Shown piece by piece: positions 63,738 through 64,000 of a DNA stretch of 64,000 nucleotides; position 1 is the stretch's first letter; each line of letters starts with the position of its first letter. A program made the position numbers and the translations under genes. The notes under the pieces were generated by a model that did not search any database, had not been told where the DNA came from, and saw only the letters and a list, made by a program, of their open reading frames with translations. Origin of the DNA: a virus; IMG/VR virus record IMGVR_UViG_3300000976_000011, positions 1 to 64,000 of that record; one strand, given 5' to 3'.

Positions 63738-64000
63738 AAAATCTCGAAGAATTAATGGATTATTTAAGCAGAATATCAAATAACTGGACTTTTAGTTTTT
63801 CCAATAATAAATATACTATATCAGCAAATAAAAATTCAAAAAAAATAATTATATCATCTACAACTTTGTATGATGGTTTAAATGAAATAATAGATAAAAT
63901 TGAAAACTAAAGAAAGATTATTAGAGATAGTATTTTTAATAGCTTTAGTTTATGTATCTTATCAAATTGGAAGTATTAATAATTTAGTTATAAATCATAT

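Overview
A 64-kb segment of an AT-rich T4-like (Tevenvirinae/Straboviridae-type) myophage genome; the host cannot be determined from the sequence. The window is organised as two divergent arms that switch strand at about 40.4 kb. The minus-strand arm carries a cytosine-hypermodification cluster (gp42-like dCMP hydroxymethylase, myo-inositol-1-phosphate synthase, HAD phosphatase, FkbM methyltransferase, aGPT-Pplase-like DNA transferase, SGNH-like protein), then cd, gp33, gp59, gp32, dNMP kinase, gp43, uvsX, gp41, gp61, nrdB/nrdA, dsbA, rtcB and a 7-tRNA cluster. The plus-strand arm carries uvsW, gp55, gp47, gp46, gp45, gp44, gp62, regA, td and a 16-tRNA cluster interspersed with tRNA-like and other structured RNAs. 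Six HNH homing endonuclease genes and three remnants are scattered through the window. The main new observation is that each tRNA cluster is preceded by the same cassette: late promoter, leaderless short ORF, antiterminator overlapping the stop codon, then an intrinsic terminator. The codons of each leader peptide match the anticodons of the tRNAs downstream of it, which suggests ribosome-mediated attenuators that switch on phage tRNA synthesis when those tRNAs are depleted. Secondary highlights are a candidate inositol-based DNA modification pathway whose two putative DNA-acting enzymes share a C-terminal GLF (clamp-binding-like) tail with gp43 and gp33, several non-canonical tRNA architectures, and a covarying structured leader RNA on homing endonuclease genes. 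All product calls come from motif recognition by eye; no searches were run.
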